A DNA stretch of 64,000 nt. It comes from Patescibacteria group bacterium (GTDB lineage: Bacteria; Patescibacteriota; Patescibacteriia; UBA9570). Below are positions 43,233 to 53,114 of the stretch, in pieces. Position numbers and translations under genes: made by a program. The stretch lies in assembly GCA_024277435.1 (NCBI GenBank), contig JAJRVJ010000028.1:97300-161299 (forward strand). The letters are read 5' to 3'. Under the pieces are notes generated by a model. It ran no database searches. It saw nothing but the letters and a program-made list of their open reading frames with translations, and was not told where the DNA came from. The stretch's first letter is position 1; the number at the start of each line of letters is the position of its first letter.

Positions 43233-43625
43233 ATGACAGATCCAATCGCTGACATGTTAACTCGAATCCGAAACGCACAGGCTGTAAATAAAACTACAGT
43301 AGTGTTACCATACTCAAAAGCTAAACACAAATTAGCTGAACTTATTAATGCTGAAGGATATATCGAGTATGTAAAAAAACAAGAGGATGCTGGAAAGCCA
43401 GTACTAGAATTAGGATTGAAATATGATACACAAGGAAAAGCGGTTATTCATACTATCAAACGTGTAAGTACTCCTGGTCGTCGTGTATATGCTCAAAAAA
43501 AGGAATTACCGTACATCTTAAATAATTTAGGAATTGCTATTATCTCAACTTCACGTGGCTTGATGACTAATAAAAAAGCTCGCAAAGAAAATATCGGTGG
43601 CGAGGTAATTTGTGAAATCTACTAA
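43233..43625 (+). CDS. rpsH: 30S ribosomal protein S8
   Basis: TDPIADMLTRIRNA, STPGRRVY. Confidence 0.98.
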   Translation: MTDPIADMLTRIRNAQAVNKTTVVLPYSKAKHKLAELINAEGYIEYVKKQEDAGKPVLELGLKYDTQGKAVIHTIKRVSTPGRRVYAQKKELPYILNNLGIAIISTSRGLMTNKKARKENIGGEVICEIY

Positions 43626-43634
43626 GTAACGATT

Positions 43635-44180
43635 ATGTCTAGAAAATCCAATAAACCAATTGCAATCCCAGATGGAGTTACTGTAGAAGTAAAAGATAAA
43701 ACTCTTACGGTAAAGGGTCCTAAGGGAGAACTTCAGGAAACAATTCATCCATTTGTTACTATTGAGGTAAAAGATAATGCAGTAAACTTATCAGTAAAGA
43801 ATCCTGATGTGAAAGCAGAACGATCTATGTGGGGTACATTTGGTGCGCTAGTAGCTGTAATGATAGAGGGTGTTGTGAATGGATATACCAAGCAACTTGA
43901 AATTAACGGTGTAGGTTATGGATTTGATGTATCTGGAAAAAAGCTCACTGTGAAAGCTGGTTATTCTCATCCTGTAATAGTGGAAATTCCTGATAATGTA
44001 GAAATTAAGGGAGAAAAAAATGTTATTACACTTACATCACATGATAAACAACTAGTAGGTCAGGTAGCTGCTGAAATTCGTAAAATTCGTAAGCCAGAAC
44101 CATATAAGGGTAAGGGTATTAAGTACATGGAAGAAGTGATCCAACGTAAACAAGGTAAACAAGCTGTTGGTTCAGAATAA
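43635..44180 (+). CDS. rplF: 50S ribosomal protein L6
   Basis: KGPKGEL, RKPEPYKGKGI. Confidence 0.98.
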   Translation: MSRKSNKPIAIPDGVTVEVKDKTLTVKGPKGELQETIHPFVTIEVKDNAVNLSVKNPDVKAERSMWGTFGALVAVMIEGVVNGYTKQLEINGVGYGFDVSGKKLTVKAGYSHPVIVEIPDNVEIKGEKNVITLTSHDKQLVGQVAAEIRKIRKPEPYKGKGIKYMEEVIQRKQGKQAVGSE

Positions 44181-44192
44181 TAGCAAACAATT

Positions 44193-44552
44193 ATGAGTAA
44201 TAAAACGATTCTTAACAAACGTAAACGATTCAAACAGCGCAAGGCACGTGTTCGCGCTAAGATTTCTGGTACTAGCACACGGCCACGTTTAGCTGTGTAT
44301 CGATCACTGAAATATATTTATGTTCAGTTAATTGATGATACTACTGGAACAACATTAGTAGCTGCTACAGATAAAAAAGATGCAGTAACAGGCACTAAAT
44401 CAGAACGTGCTAAAGCTGTGGGATTAGAAGTTGCTAAACAAGCTAAAGAAAAGGGGATTACAGAAGTGTTATTCGATCGTGGCGGTAGAGATTATCGGGG
44501 TCGTGTAAAAGCATTAGCTGAAGGAGCTCGTGAAGGTGGTTTGCAATTTTAA
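44193..44552 (+). CDS. rplR: 50S ribosomal protein L18
   Basis: [20 protein letters not shown]. Confidence 0.97.
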   Translation: MSNKTILNKRKRFKQRKARVRAKISGTSTRPRLAVYRSLKYIYVQLIDDTTGTTLVAATDKKDAVTGTKSERAKAVGLEVAKQAKEKGITEVLFDRGGRDYRGRVKALAEGAREGGLQF

Positions 44553-44567
44553 TAACAATATAACGAT

Positions 44568-45086
44568 ATGGGATACCAACAAGATAAAAAACAGAATAAC
44601 CGAAGACGACGCAATCGGCGCGAACGTCCAAAGGATGAGTTTGAGCAAAAAATTGTAGATCTAGCTCGTGTTACTCGTGTAATGGCTGGTGGAAAACGTA
44701 TGAATTTTCGATGTTGTGTAGTAGTAGGCGATCATAAGGGTCGTGTTGGCGTAGGATTAGCTAAAGGTAAAGACGTAGCAATTGCTGTAAATAAAGCTGT
44801 AAATAAAGCTAAAAAGAACCTAATCACTGTACCAATCGTTAATGGAACTATTCCACATGAAGTTGAAGTAAAGTATTCAAGTGCTCGCATTATGATTAAG
44901 CCAGGACGACAGGGTAGTGGTGTAATTGCTGGTGGGCCAGTACGTGCAGTACTAGAAATGGCTGGCGTACCAAATGTGGTAAGTAAAATGCGTGGTTCAC
45001 GCAATAAGGTAAATAATTGTTTTGCAGTAATGGAGGCGCTACAATCACTACGTACTAAGGAACAAATTAAAGCATCCATCCAATAA
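44568..45086 (+). CDS. rpsE: 30S ribosomal protein S5
   Basis: RVTRVMAGGKR, GVIAGGPVRAV. Confidence 0.97.
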   Translation: MGYQQDKKQNNRRRRNRRERPKDEFEQKIVDLARVTRVMAGGKRMNFRCCVVVGDHKGRVGVGLAKGKDVAIAVNKAVNKAKKNLITVPIVNGTIPHEVEVKYSSARIMIKPGRQGSGVIAGGPVRAVLEMAGVPNVVSKMRGSRNKVNNCFAVMEALQSLRTKEQIKASIQ

Positions 45087-45097
45087 TATTAATTACT

Positions 45098-45511
45098 ATG
45101 TTAAGTGTAAAATCTGTTAAACCAAAATCTACAGCTAAGAGTAGGAAACGAATCGGTCGTGGTAAGGGTTCCGGCACCGGTACCTATGCTGGTCGTGGCT
45201 TAAAAGGGCAACGGTCTCGCTCGGGTGGTAAAAGTGGTTTAAAGTTGAGAGGTTTAAAAGCTACGTTTAAAGGAATACCAAAGCGTAGAGGATTTACAAG
45301 CCCACACGCAAAACTTAATGTTGTTAATATTGCTCAAATTGAGTCACGTTATAAAGATAAAGGTACAGTTCACCTCGAAGGATATAAGGTACTTGGACAA
45401 GGTGAATTAACAAAGAGTGTTACCGTATATGCTGATAAATTTTCAGAAACAGCTAAAGAAAAAATTCAACAAAAAGGTGGAAAAGCAATTACATGTGGAA
45501 AGCGATCCTAA
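45098..45511 (+). CDS. rplO: 50S ribosomal protein L15
   Basis: RIGRGKGSG.G...GRG.KGQ.SRSG, PKRRGF. Confidence 0.95.
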   Translation: MLSVKSVKPKSTAKSRKRIGRGKGSGTGTYAGRGLKGQRSRSGGKSGLKLRGLKATFKGIPKRRGFTSPHAKLNVVNIAQIESRYKDKGTVHLEGYKVLGQGELTKSVTVYADKFSETAKEKIQQKGGKAITCGKRS

Positions 45512-46767
45512 AAATTTGGAAGCATAGAGAGCTTCGTAATAAAATTCTCTATGTATTAGCAGTGCTTGTTATTTTTCGTTTTGCTGCTCACATTCCAATT
45601 CCTGGTGTAGACATTGTTAATTTACGAAACTTCTTTGGTAGCAACGCCTATCTAGGTTTATTGAATGTATTTTCAGGTGGAGCACTTGAAAATTTTTCAT
45701 TAGTAATGCTTGGTGTAGGCCCATACATTACATCGTCTATTATCTTTCAATTATTAAACATCATTGTTCCTAAACTAGAGGAAATGCAAAAGGAAAGTGA
45801 TGGTCAGCGTAAAATTCAACAGTGGACTCGATACTTAGCAGTGCCATTAGCTATGGTGCAAGGATATGCAACTATTGTATTATTACAACGCTCTGGTGGG
45901 GGATTAATTGGCGAACTTGATATCTTCCAATGGATTACAGCTATTTCACTAATTACTGCTGGTAGCACGTTTGTAATGTGGCTTGGTGAGCTTATCACTG
46001 AGAAAAATATTGGTAACGGTATTTCGTTAATGATTTTCGCGGCTATTATTGCACGCCTACCAACCTCAATTCAGCAATTTTTTGCAACGTATGATGCTTC
46101 ACAACTTCCAACTGTTCTACTATATGTAGGGTTGGCAGTAGTAATGATTTTCGGAATTGTATTTATTACAGAAGGACAGCGTAATATTCCTATTTCTTCC
46201 GCACGACAAGCGCGGGGTGGTGGAGCTGGGAAGCAAAATACCCATTTACCAATTCGTGTAAATCAGGCTGGAGTAATTCCTATTATCTTCGCTGTATCTC
46301 TTGTATTATTTCCACCAGTAATTGGTCAGTACCTTACAACAATGAGCCAAGCATGGCTGGTTGATTTTGGATACTTTATTGTTGATGCCTTTAATAATCA
46401 GATTGTGTATGGAGTGCTCTATTTCATCTTTGTATTCGCATTTACATATTTCTATACGGCAGTTATTTTCAAACCAGAACAGATTGCTGAAAATCTTCAA
46501 AATCGCGGTAACTTTATTCCTGGAATTCGTCCAGGCAAACCAACCATTGATTACTTGAGCTATGTATCGAATCACTTATTACTAGTTGGTGCAATCTTCC
46601 TTGGTGTTGTAGCAGTATCGCCTGTAGCATTACAATCTCTAGCGTCTGGTAGTGCAAATTCACTAGTTATTGGTGGTACATCACTATTAATTGTGGTATC
46701 TGTAGGTATTGAAACAGTGAAGCAAATTCAAGCGCAAATGCAATTACGTGATTACGAAAACTTTTAA
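45493..46767 (+). CDS. secY: Preprotein translocase SecY
   Basis: LGVGPYITSSII, GNGISL, AGVIPIIFA, IPGIRPG, GGTSLLI. Confidence 0.98.
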   Translation: MWKAILKIWKHRELRNKILYVLAVLVIFRFAAHIPIPGVDIVNLRNFFGSNAYLGLLNVFSGGALENFSLVMLGVGPYITSSIIFQLLNIIVPKLEEMQKESDGQRKIQQWTRYLAVPLAMVQGYATIVLLQRSGGGLIGELDIFQWITAISLITAGSTFVMWLGELITEKNIGNGISLMIFAAIIARLPTSIQQFFATYDASQLPTVLLYVGLAVVMIFGIVFITEGQRNIPISSARQARGGGAGKQNTHLPIRVNQAGVIPIIFAVSLVLFPPVIGQYLTTMSQAWLVDFGYFIVDAFNNQIVYGVLYFIFVFAFTYFYTAVIFKPEQIAENLQNRGNFIPGIRPGKPTIDYLSYVSNHLLLVGAIFLGVVAVSPVALQSLASGSANSLVIGGTSLLIVVSVGIETVKQIQAQMQLRDYENF

Positions 46768-46769
46768 CC

Positions 46770-47408
46770 ATGGCAGACGCTAAACGCATTTTACTATTTG
46801 GTCCACAAGGGTCGGGTAAAGGTACTCAAGGTGAAAAACTTAGTGAATGGCTCAAGCTCCCACTTATTGTAACGGGAAATATTTTTCGTCATAACATTAA
46901 AGAACAAACTGAATTAGGTGTTCTAGCAAAGGGATATATTAATAAGGGTGAACTTGTTCCTGATGCAGTAACGAATCGAATGATTGGAGAGCGCATTACT
47001 CAAGAAGATTGCGCACAAGGATTTATTCTCGATGGATTTCCGCGCAATCTTGTGCAAGCTGATGCTCTCGATACATATGTGAAGATTACTGATCTTATGC
47101 ATATTAGTATTCCAGATGATGAAGCTGTGCGCCGCATTGCTAATCGCCGCACCTGTGTAGATCAAGGTCATGTGTATCATTTAGTGTATAATCCACCAAA
47201 GCAAGAGGGGATTTGTGATGAAGATGGCTCAGCGTTAGAGCAGCGCAAAGATGATACAGAAGAATCCTTGAAAAAACGTCTAGGTATTTATCATTCAGAA
47301 ACAGAGCCAATTTTGGATCATTATCGTCCATATGGTGTTATTCATGATATCGATGGTATTGCATCAATTGAGGAAGTTTGGCAAACTGTTCAAGCATCAT
47401 TACAATAA
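46770..47408 (+). CDS. adk: Adenylate kinase
   Basis: GPQGSGKGTQ, GFILDGFPR, RKDD. Confidence 0.96.
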   Translation: MADAKRILLFGPQGSGKGTQGEKLSEWLKLPLIVTGNIFRHNIKEQTELGVLAKGYINKGELVPDAVTNRMIGERITQEDCAQGFILDGFPRNLVQADALDTYVKITDLMHISIPDDEAVRRIANRRTCVDQGHVYHLVYNPPKQEGICDEDGSALEQRKDDTEESLKKRLGIYHSETEPILDHYRPYGVIHDIDGIASIEEVWQTVQASLQ

Positions 47409-47417
47409 AGGAATATT

Positions 47418-48167
47418 ATGATTACTATTAAAACACCAGCAGAGCAAGATGCTTTGCGAGCTAGTGGGAAGATTTTAGCATCCGTAGTGAATGTTCTTAT
47501 GGATATGGTGCAACCTGGTATTACTCTAAATGAGCTTGAAGCTGCTGCTAGTGATTTCATTAAGAAAACGGATGCCGTACCAGCCTTTAAGGGGTATAAG
47601 GGGTATCAAAACATTCTCTGCACATCTGTAAATGAAGAGGTAGTACATTGTCCGCCAACGGATCGTGTATTACAAGATGGTGATATTATAAGTATTGATG
47701 CTGGGGTTGTATATAATGAGCTGTATTCCGATTGTGCGGTAACTGTGCCAGTTGGAAATATCTCTACAGAGGCTGAGCAGTTGATTAAAATAACAAGAGA
47801 ATCGTTGTACGAAAAAGCGGTTCAAGAAATTCAACCCGGTAAATACACCGGTGATATTGGAGCCGCCATTCAAGAATATGTAGAGGGAGCTGGTTTTTCT
47901 ATTGTAAAAAGCTTAGTAGGACATGGCATTGGTAAGCAATTGCATGAGGAGCCATCGATTCCTAATTACGGAAGTCGGGGAAAGGGTGTACAATTAAAAC
48001 CAGGTATGGCAATTGCCATTGAGCCAATGGTAAATATTGGTGGTGAGGATGTAGTATTTGAGAGCGACGGTTGGCGTGTAGTAACAACAGATCAATCATT
48101 AAGTGCACATTTTGAACATACATTTCTCATTACAGAAACAGGAAATGAAATAATCACACAACTATGA
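47418..48167 (+). CDS. map: Methionine aminopeptidase type I
   Basis: SVNEEVVH, GHGIG, AIEPM, SAHFEHT. Confidence 0.96.
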   Translation: MITIKTPAEQDALRASGKILASVVNVLMDMVQPGITLNELEAAASDFIKKTDAVPAFKGYKGYQNILCTSVNEEVVHCPPTDRVLQDGDIISIDAGVVYNELYSDCAVTVPVGNISTEAEQLIKITRESLYEKAVQEIQPGKYTGDIGAAIQEYVEGAGFSIVKSLVGHGIGKQLHEEPSIPNYGSRGKGVQLKPGMAIAIEPMVNIGGEDVVFESDGWRVVTTDQSLSAHFEHTFLITETGNEIITQL

Positions 48168-48568
48168 AATATTTAGCTTTAGATTACGGTAAAGCCCGCG
48201 TTGGATTATCGTTAGGGGATTCTGAAACAAAAATCGCACTTGGTAAAGGTGTGCTTGAAGGATTGAGCCAGAATAAACTCATTACAAAAATTAAAGCGAT
48301 TGTAGATTTCGAACACATCGATCGAATTATTATCGGCTTACCATTAAACATGGAGGGCGAGTCAACGGCAATGACTGAAGAAGTAGAACGCTTCGTTGAA
48401 AAAATGCGCAACCATCTTGAAGTTCCTGTGCAAACTGTTGATGAGCGCTTAACTTCAAAAATGGCTGACCAGTTGATAAAAGACATGCCTAAAGAGCAAC
48501 GCAAGCAGGATCAAGTAGCCGCCCAGATTATCCTGCAAAATTATTTAGATCAATTACCGGCAGAGTAA
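48164..48568 (+). CDS. ruvX: YqgF/RuvX-family RNase H-fold nuclease
   Basis: LALDYGKARVG, IGLPLNM, DERLTS, AAQIILQ. Confidence 0.92.
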   Translation: MKYLALDYGKARVGLSLGDSETKIALGKGVLEGLSQNKLITKIKAIVDFEHIDRIIIGLPLNMEGESTAMTEEVERFVEKMRNHLEVPVQTVDERLTSKMADQLIKDMPKEQRKQDQVAAQIILQNYLDQLPAE

Positions 48569-49680
48569 TGGAGAATAGTATCTGGTATCTAAGTATATTC
48601 CTCGGTGCTACTCTCGTGGCATATATTAGTACCTGGCTGATGATGAAAGTAGCAATCCGATTCGGATTTGTAGATGAAGCTGCATCTGCGCCGCATCGTA
48701 AACAGCAATCCAAGGCCATGCCCTTATTAGGGGGAGTGGCTATTTTTATAACAATAACGATTTTTTTACTTTGGTTAGCCCCGAATTTAACTCAAGGCTA
48801 TTTACTACCTAAGCATTTGTGGGGGATTATACTAGCGGCTGCAGTATTAATGATTGGCGGAATTATTGATGATCGCTGGTCATTAACACCATACGTACAA
48901 ATACTATTTCCACTACTAGCAATCGCTATCGTAATTAGTTCGGGTATTGGCATTGAATATATTTCCAACCCATTTGGTGATGTATGGGGTCTGGACCAGT
49001 GGCGGTGGGATGTTTTTTTTATTAATGACATACCATATCAATTTATTATTTGGGCTGATGTATTTACCATACTGTGGTTGCTGGGCACAATGTATACCAC
49101 TAAATTGTTAGATGGATTAGATGGATTAGTTCCTGGTATTACCGTAATTGGAGGGATTATTATTTTTTTCTTAAGTCATTCACAGGATGTAGCTCAGCCA
49201 GAAACTGCTACATTGGCATTAGTGGTAGCCGCAGCAGCGCTGGGGTTTCTGATTTGGAATTTTATCCCAGCTAAAATTTACCTAGGGGAAGGTGGTTCGT
49301 TATTGAGTGGATTTTTATTAGGTGTGTTAGCAATTTTATCTGGAGGAAAAATTGCTACAGCGTTACTTATTCTTGGATTGCCAATTATTGATTTGATTTG
49401 GGTGATTATTCGTCGTTCGCTTATCGAGAAGCGCTCGCCATTTTCTGGTGATGCATTGCATCTACACTTTCAGCTCCAAAAGCTGGGCTGGAGTAAGCGT
49501 AGCGTCGTGTTGCTATTTTATGCCATCACAATAATTTTTGGTGCTAGTACATTGCTATTTACAGGTAAGGCTAAAATAATCGTATTAATAATTTTAGCCG
49601 TGGCATCATTTATTGCTATCGCATGGTTATATACATTATCACGTAAGCAGGCACTCGCTGATGAAAAATATTCTCACTAA
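48568..49680 (+). CDS. Glycosyltransferase family 4 (WecA/TagO/MraY-like) polyprenyl-phosphate sugar-phosphate transferase
   Basis: PLLGGVAI, GIIDD, LDGLDGL, NF.PAKIYLGEGG, HLHF. Confidence 0.88.
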   Translation: MENSIWYLSIFLGATLVAYISTWLMMKVAIRFGFVDEAASAPHRKQQSKAMPLLGGVAIFITITIFLLWLAPNLTQGYLLPKHLWGIILAAAVLMIGGIIDDRWSLTPYVQILFPLLAIAIVISSGIGIEYISNPFGDVWGLDQWRWDVFFINDIPYQFIIWADVFTILWLLGTMYTTKLLDGLDGLVPGITVIGGIIIFFLSHSQDVAQPETATLALVVAAAALGFLIWNFIPAKIYLGEGGSLLSGFLLGVLAILSGGKIATALLILGLPIIDLIWVIIRRSLIEKRSPFSGDALHLHFQLQKLGWSKRSVVLLFYAITIIFGASTLLFTGKAKIIVLIILAVASFIAIAWLYTLSRKQALADEKYSH

Positions 49681-50134
49681 AGTTAGTTTACTACTTGTAC
49701 TATTTCTTATCGGATGTACGCAAAGTGCAGAACCGGATAGTTTTTCTGAGGCACTCTATACCATTACCGTAGGTACTATGAATTCAAGTATTGATGTGTA
49801 TATTGCAGATGAAGATAGTGAGCGTCAGAAGGGGTTGGGAGGTATTGATGAACTACCAGAAAATACAGGAATGTATTTTATTTATAATTCCGCACGTGTA
49901 CGTGAGTATTGGATGTTGGACGTAGAATATCCAATTGATATCATTTGGTTGCATAATAATAAGGTGGTATATCTCACGAAATCAGCCCAACCTGAGGCTA
50001 ATATCACTCTTTTAGAGGATTATCAGCGCTATAGCTCGCCAGTGCCAATAAACGCTGTATTAGAGGTGCCTGAAGGCTTTATAGAGCAATATGACATCAT
50101 TGAGGGTAACGTCTTGACACTCACAGAGAAATAA
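49661..50134 (+). CDS. DUF192-family lipoprotein
   Basis: Lipobox LIGC; ERQKGL, GMYF, WM..V.YPIDIIW, VLEV. Confidence 0.8.
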   Translation: MKNILTKVSLLLVLFLIGCTQSAEPDSFSEALYTITVGTMNSSIDVYIADEDSERQKGLGGIDELPENTGMYFIYNSARVREYWMLDVEYPIDIIWLHNNKVVYLTKSAQPEANITLLEDYQRYSSPVPINAVLEVPEGFIEQYDIIEGNVLTLTEK

Positions 50135-50198
50135 TATATCGTACACAAGCCCTGTTAAATAGTGCTAATGGGTATTAGTCAATAATAATAGTAGAATT

Positions 50199-50513
50199 AT
50201 GATTGCAATTGTAAAAACTGGTGGTAAACAGTACACCTTAAAAGAGAATGATACTGTTCGTGTAGAAAAATTAATGGGAGAAGCTGGTGATAGTATTATA
50301 TTTGAAGAAGTACTGTTACTTGCTGATGAATCCGGAAAAAAACTACAAGTTGGATCTCCAACAGTTAGTGGTGCTAAAGTAACTGGCACTGTTGTAAAGC
50401 AGGGTCGTGCTAAAAAAATCACTGTTGTGAAATATAAGAATAAAACTCGCTATAAGCGAACCCTTGGTCATCGTCAGCATTTCACTGATGTAAAGATCGA
50501 TAAGATCGGATAA
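50199..50513 (+). CDS. rplU: 50S ribosomal protein L21
   Basis: AIVKTGGKQY, GHRQ. Confidence 0.97.
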   Translation: MIAIVKTGGKQYTLKENDTVRVEKLMGEAGDSIIFEEVLLLADESGKKLQVGSPTVSGAKVTGTVVKQGRAKKITVVKYKNKTRYKRTLGHRQHFTDVKIDKIG

Positions 50514-50544
50514 TCGTTCTGCAAAAGGAATAATCGCAATAGCA

Positions 50545-50662
50545 AATAACCCTACGTATAAAACGTAGGGTTATTGATTTAGATTAACTCCCATGATTTA
50601 TTCATGTGGGTTAATAGCATGATGGCTCCTGAAAACCTCAAGTATAAAACCGAGGGTTTTTT
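50545..50662. terminator. Three consecutive hairpins between convergent rplU and recR (bidirectional termination)
   Basis: AATAACCCTACG/CGTAGGGTTATT; CCCATGA/TCATGTGGG; AAAACCTC/GAGGGTTTT. Confidence 0.6.
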
Positions 50663-51260
50663 ATATATCCTTACGATCTTTCAGGGCGTTACTAAGCGTA
50701 ATATCATCGGCGTATTGAATATCAGCACCAGCTGGTAAGCCCTGGGCTAGCCGGGTAACTTGCACATTCATATCTTTCAACGCTTCAATTACGTACATGG
50801 CTGTAGCATTTCCACCAACGTTGGGATTGGTAGCGATGATAATTTCTTGCGCGCCATCATTATGTACACGTTCAACTAATTCTGTAATGCGTAATTGATT
50901 TGGGCCAATGCCATCTAATTGATTAATCACGCCACCAAGTACATGGTATACGCCATGATAGTCACCAGTTTGTTCAATGGCGTGCAGATTAGTGCTATCA
51001 GAAACTACACAAATTGTTGAAATATCTCGTTGGCTATCTCTGCATACATCACATATGGTGTTCACAGTGATATTAAAACAGCGTTCACAATCGTGAATGT
51101 CTTGTTGTACTCCATGAAGTCCTTGAACTATTTTTTCTACCACAGCGGGTGGTTGGCGTAACAAATGAAAAACGTAGCGTTCAGCAGTTTTTCTGCCAAC
51201 ACCTGGCAGGGTAGTGAGCGCGTGAATCAGTCGCTCGATCGATTCGGGATAGAGCGCCAT
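50661..51260 (-). CDS. recR: Recombination protein RecR
   Basis: LPGVGRKTAER, C4 zinc finger, YHVLGG, TRLAQGLP. Confidence 0.96.
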   Translation of the reverse strand: MALYPESIERLIHALTTLPGVGRKTAERYVFHLLRQPPAVVEKIVQGLHGVQQDIHDCERCFNITVNTICDVCRDSQRDISTICVVSDSTNLHAIEQTGDYHGVYHVLGGVINQLDGIGPNQLRITELVERVHNDGAQEIIIATNPNVGGNATAMYVIEALKDMNVQVTRLAQGLPAGADIQYADDITLSNALKDRKDI

Positions 51261-51266
51261 CTGTTA

Positions 51267-51584
51267 CTATTGTTTTAATCCAGAAATGTCTGGCATTTTC
51301 ATTTCACCAGACTGAATTTTCTTAGCCATTTCACGTTGTAGTTTTTTGGAGGCTGATTCCATCGCTTCAATAATACCTTTTTGAATTGTTTCTTTATGTT
51401 CTGGAGCAAGTAGTGCATCTTCAATATCAAGAGAGAGAATTTTTTGATTTCCATCCATTACAACATTTACTTGCTTCTTAGCGCCTTCACCATGAACCGT
51501 TACAGTAGATAGTACACTTTGTACATTCTTGGCTTCTGATCGGAGGTCTTTATATGATTTTAACTTGGATAACATTGAACTCAT
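51267..51584 (-). CDS. YbaB/EbfC nucleoid-associated protein
   Basis: V.VVMDGNQKI..L.I; upstream of recR as is typical. Confidence 0.85.
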   Translation of the reverse strand: MSSMLSKLKSYKDLRSEAKNVQSVLSTVTVHGEGAKKQVNVVMDGNQKILSLDIEDALLAPEHKETIQKGIIEAMESASKKLQREMAKKIQSGEMKMPDISGLKQ

Positions 51585-51615
51585 AGGTCTATATAATAAT
51601 TATTAATAAATGGTG

Positions 51616-53001
51616 CTAGTCGAAGTCTGGCGCACCCATACCTGTTTTTTCGAGGTTAGTAAAACTGGCTTTTTCTTGGTCAAAGTATAGCTCAACTCGG
51701 CCGGTTGGTCCATTACGATGTTTAGCCACAATAATATCGGCAATGTTCTTACGATCGGAATCTTTCTTGTAGTATTCTTCACGATAAATAAACATTACTA
51801 CATCGGCATCTTGCTCAATCGAACCGGAATCACGGAGATGAGATAGTTTTGGAATAGGTACGTTCTGTTGTTCTACAGCGCGAGATAACTGCGATAGACA
51901 TAGTACAGGAAGATTGAGCTCACGGGCTAAACCTTTAAGCTGGCGGGATATTTTCGCAATTTCTTGTACCCGGTTTTCTGTATTTACCTTACCTTCCATT
52001 AATTGCAGGTAATCAATAACAATCAATCCTAAGCCATGCTCCATTTGTAAACGACGGGCTTTGGTACGAATTTCTAGTGCGTTGGTATTTGCTGCATCAT
52101 CAATGTATAACGGAGCTTCCGATAATATACCCATAGCTTGCCCGATGCGAGGAAAGTCATCACTGCCGGGAGCATCGGATAATTTACCGGTACGCATTTT
52201 CCATAAATCTACATCGGCTTGAGCACACAGTAGGCGATCCACTAACTGATCCTTGCTCATTTCTAGGCTGAACAATCCAACTGGTATGCGTTCAGCTACA
52301 GCAACATGACGAGCAATATCTAAAGCCAGCGATGTTTTACCCATGGATGGGCGAGCCGCTAAGATAACTAAATCTGATTTTTGTAATCCACCAAGTTTTT
52401 TATCGAGATCTACAAAGCCAGTTGATACCCCACGTAATTTACCAGATTCTTTATGAATTTCATCAATGCGATCGAACGCATCAGCCAGGATACTAGAAAT
52501 TGGTGTAAAGTTCTGACGCAGATTTTTTTGAGAAACTGAGAATAGTGTTTGTTCTGCTACGTCTAGCTTTTCACCTAAATCTTCCGTTTCATCATCTAGA
52601 GCAGTATTTAAAATTTCATGCGCAGCTTGAATCAGGCGTCGTAATGTTGCTTTACGCTGAATGATATTGGTATAGCTTACTACATTGGCGGCAGTAGGAA
52701 CTGCGTTCGTAAGAGTAACTAAATAACTGCGACCACCCATGCTTTCTAATACATTTTGGTCGGTTAGGCGATTGGTAAGATTTAGTACATCAATTGGTTC
52801 GCGTCTATTATAGAGATCGATCATGGCCTGAAAAATGAGGCGATGCTTATCACTATAAAAATCTTCAGAATCAATAAGGTCAGCCACTTGAAGAACAGCA
52901 TCTTTGTTGATTAACAGTGAACCCAAACAGGCTTGTTCAGCCTCAAGATTATGAGGGGGAACCGCTGCTTTAAGTTGAGTTGATGTTATTTTGTCGGTCA
53001 T
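51616..53001 (-). CDS. dnaB: Replicative DNA helicase
   Basis: PPHNLEAEQ, AARPSMGKT, IDYLQLM, LRDSGSIEQDAD, KHRNGPTG. Confidence 0.98.
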   Translation of the reverse strand: MTDKITSTQLKAAVPPHNLEAEQACLGSLLINKDAVLQVADLIDSEDFYSDKHRLIFQAMIDLYNRREPIDVLNLTNRLTDQNVLESMGGRSYLVTLTNAVPTAANVVSYTNIIQRKATLRRLIQAAHEILNTALDDETEDLGEKLDVAEQTLFSVSQKNLRQNFTPISSILADAFDRIDEIHKESGKLRGVSTGFVDLDKKLGGLQKSDLVILAARPSMGKTSLALDIARHVAVAERIPVGLFSLEMSKDQLVDRLLCAQADVDLWKMRTGKLSDAPGSDDFPRIGQAMGILSEAPLYIDDAANTNALEIRTKARRLQMEHGLGLIVIDYLQLMEGKVNTENRVQEIAKISRQLKGLARELNLPVLCLSQLSRAVEQQNVPIPKLSHLRDSGSIEQDADVVMFIYREEYYKKDSDRKNIADIIVAKHRNGPTGRVELYFDQEKASFTNLEKTGMGAPDFD

Positions 53002-53114
53002 GAATTACAAGATAATTAAGGTCATTTAGCTTACCTAAAAATAGGCTCTCTGCCAAGGTGGCCTCATCAACCGTTTATGCACATACTATAAGATGTGCCA
53101 TACTGTCATTAAGT

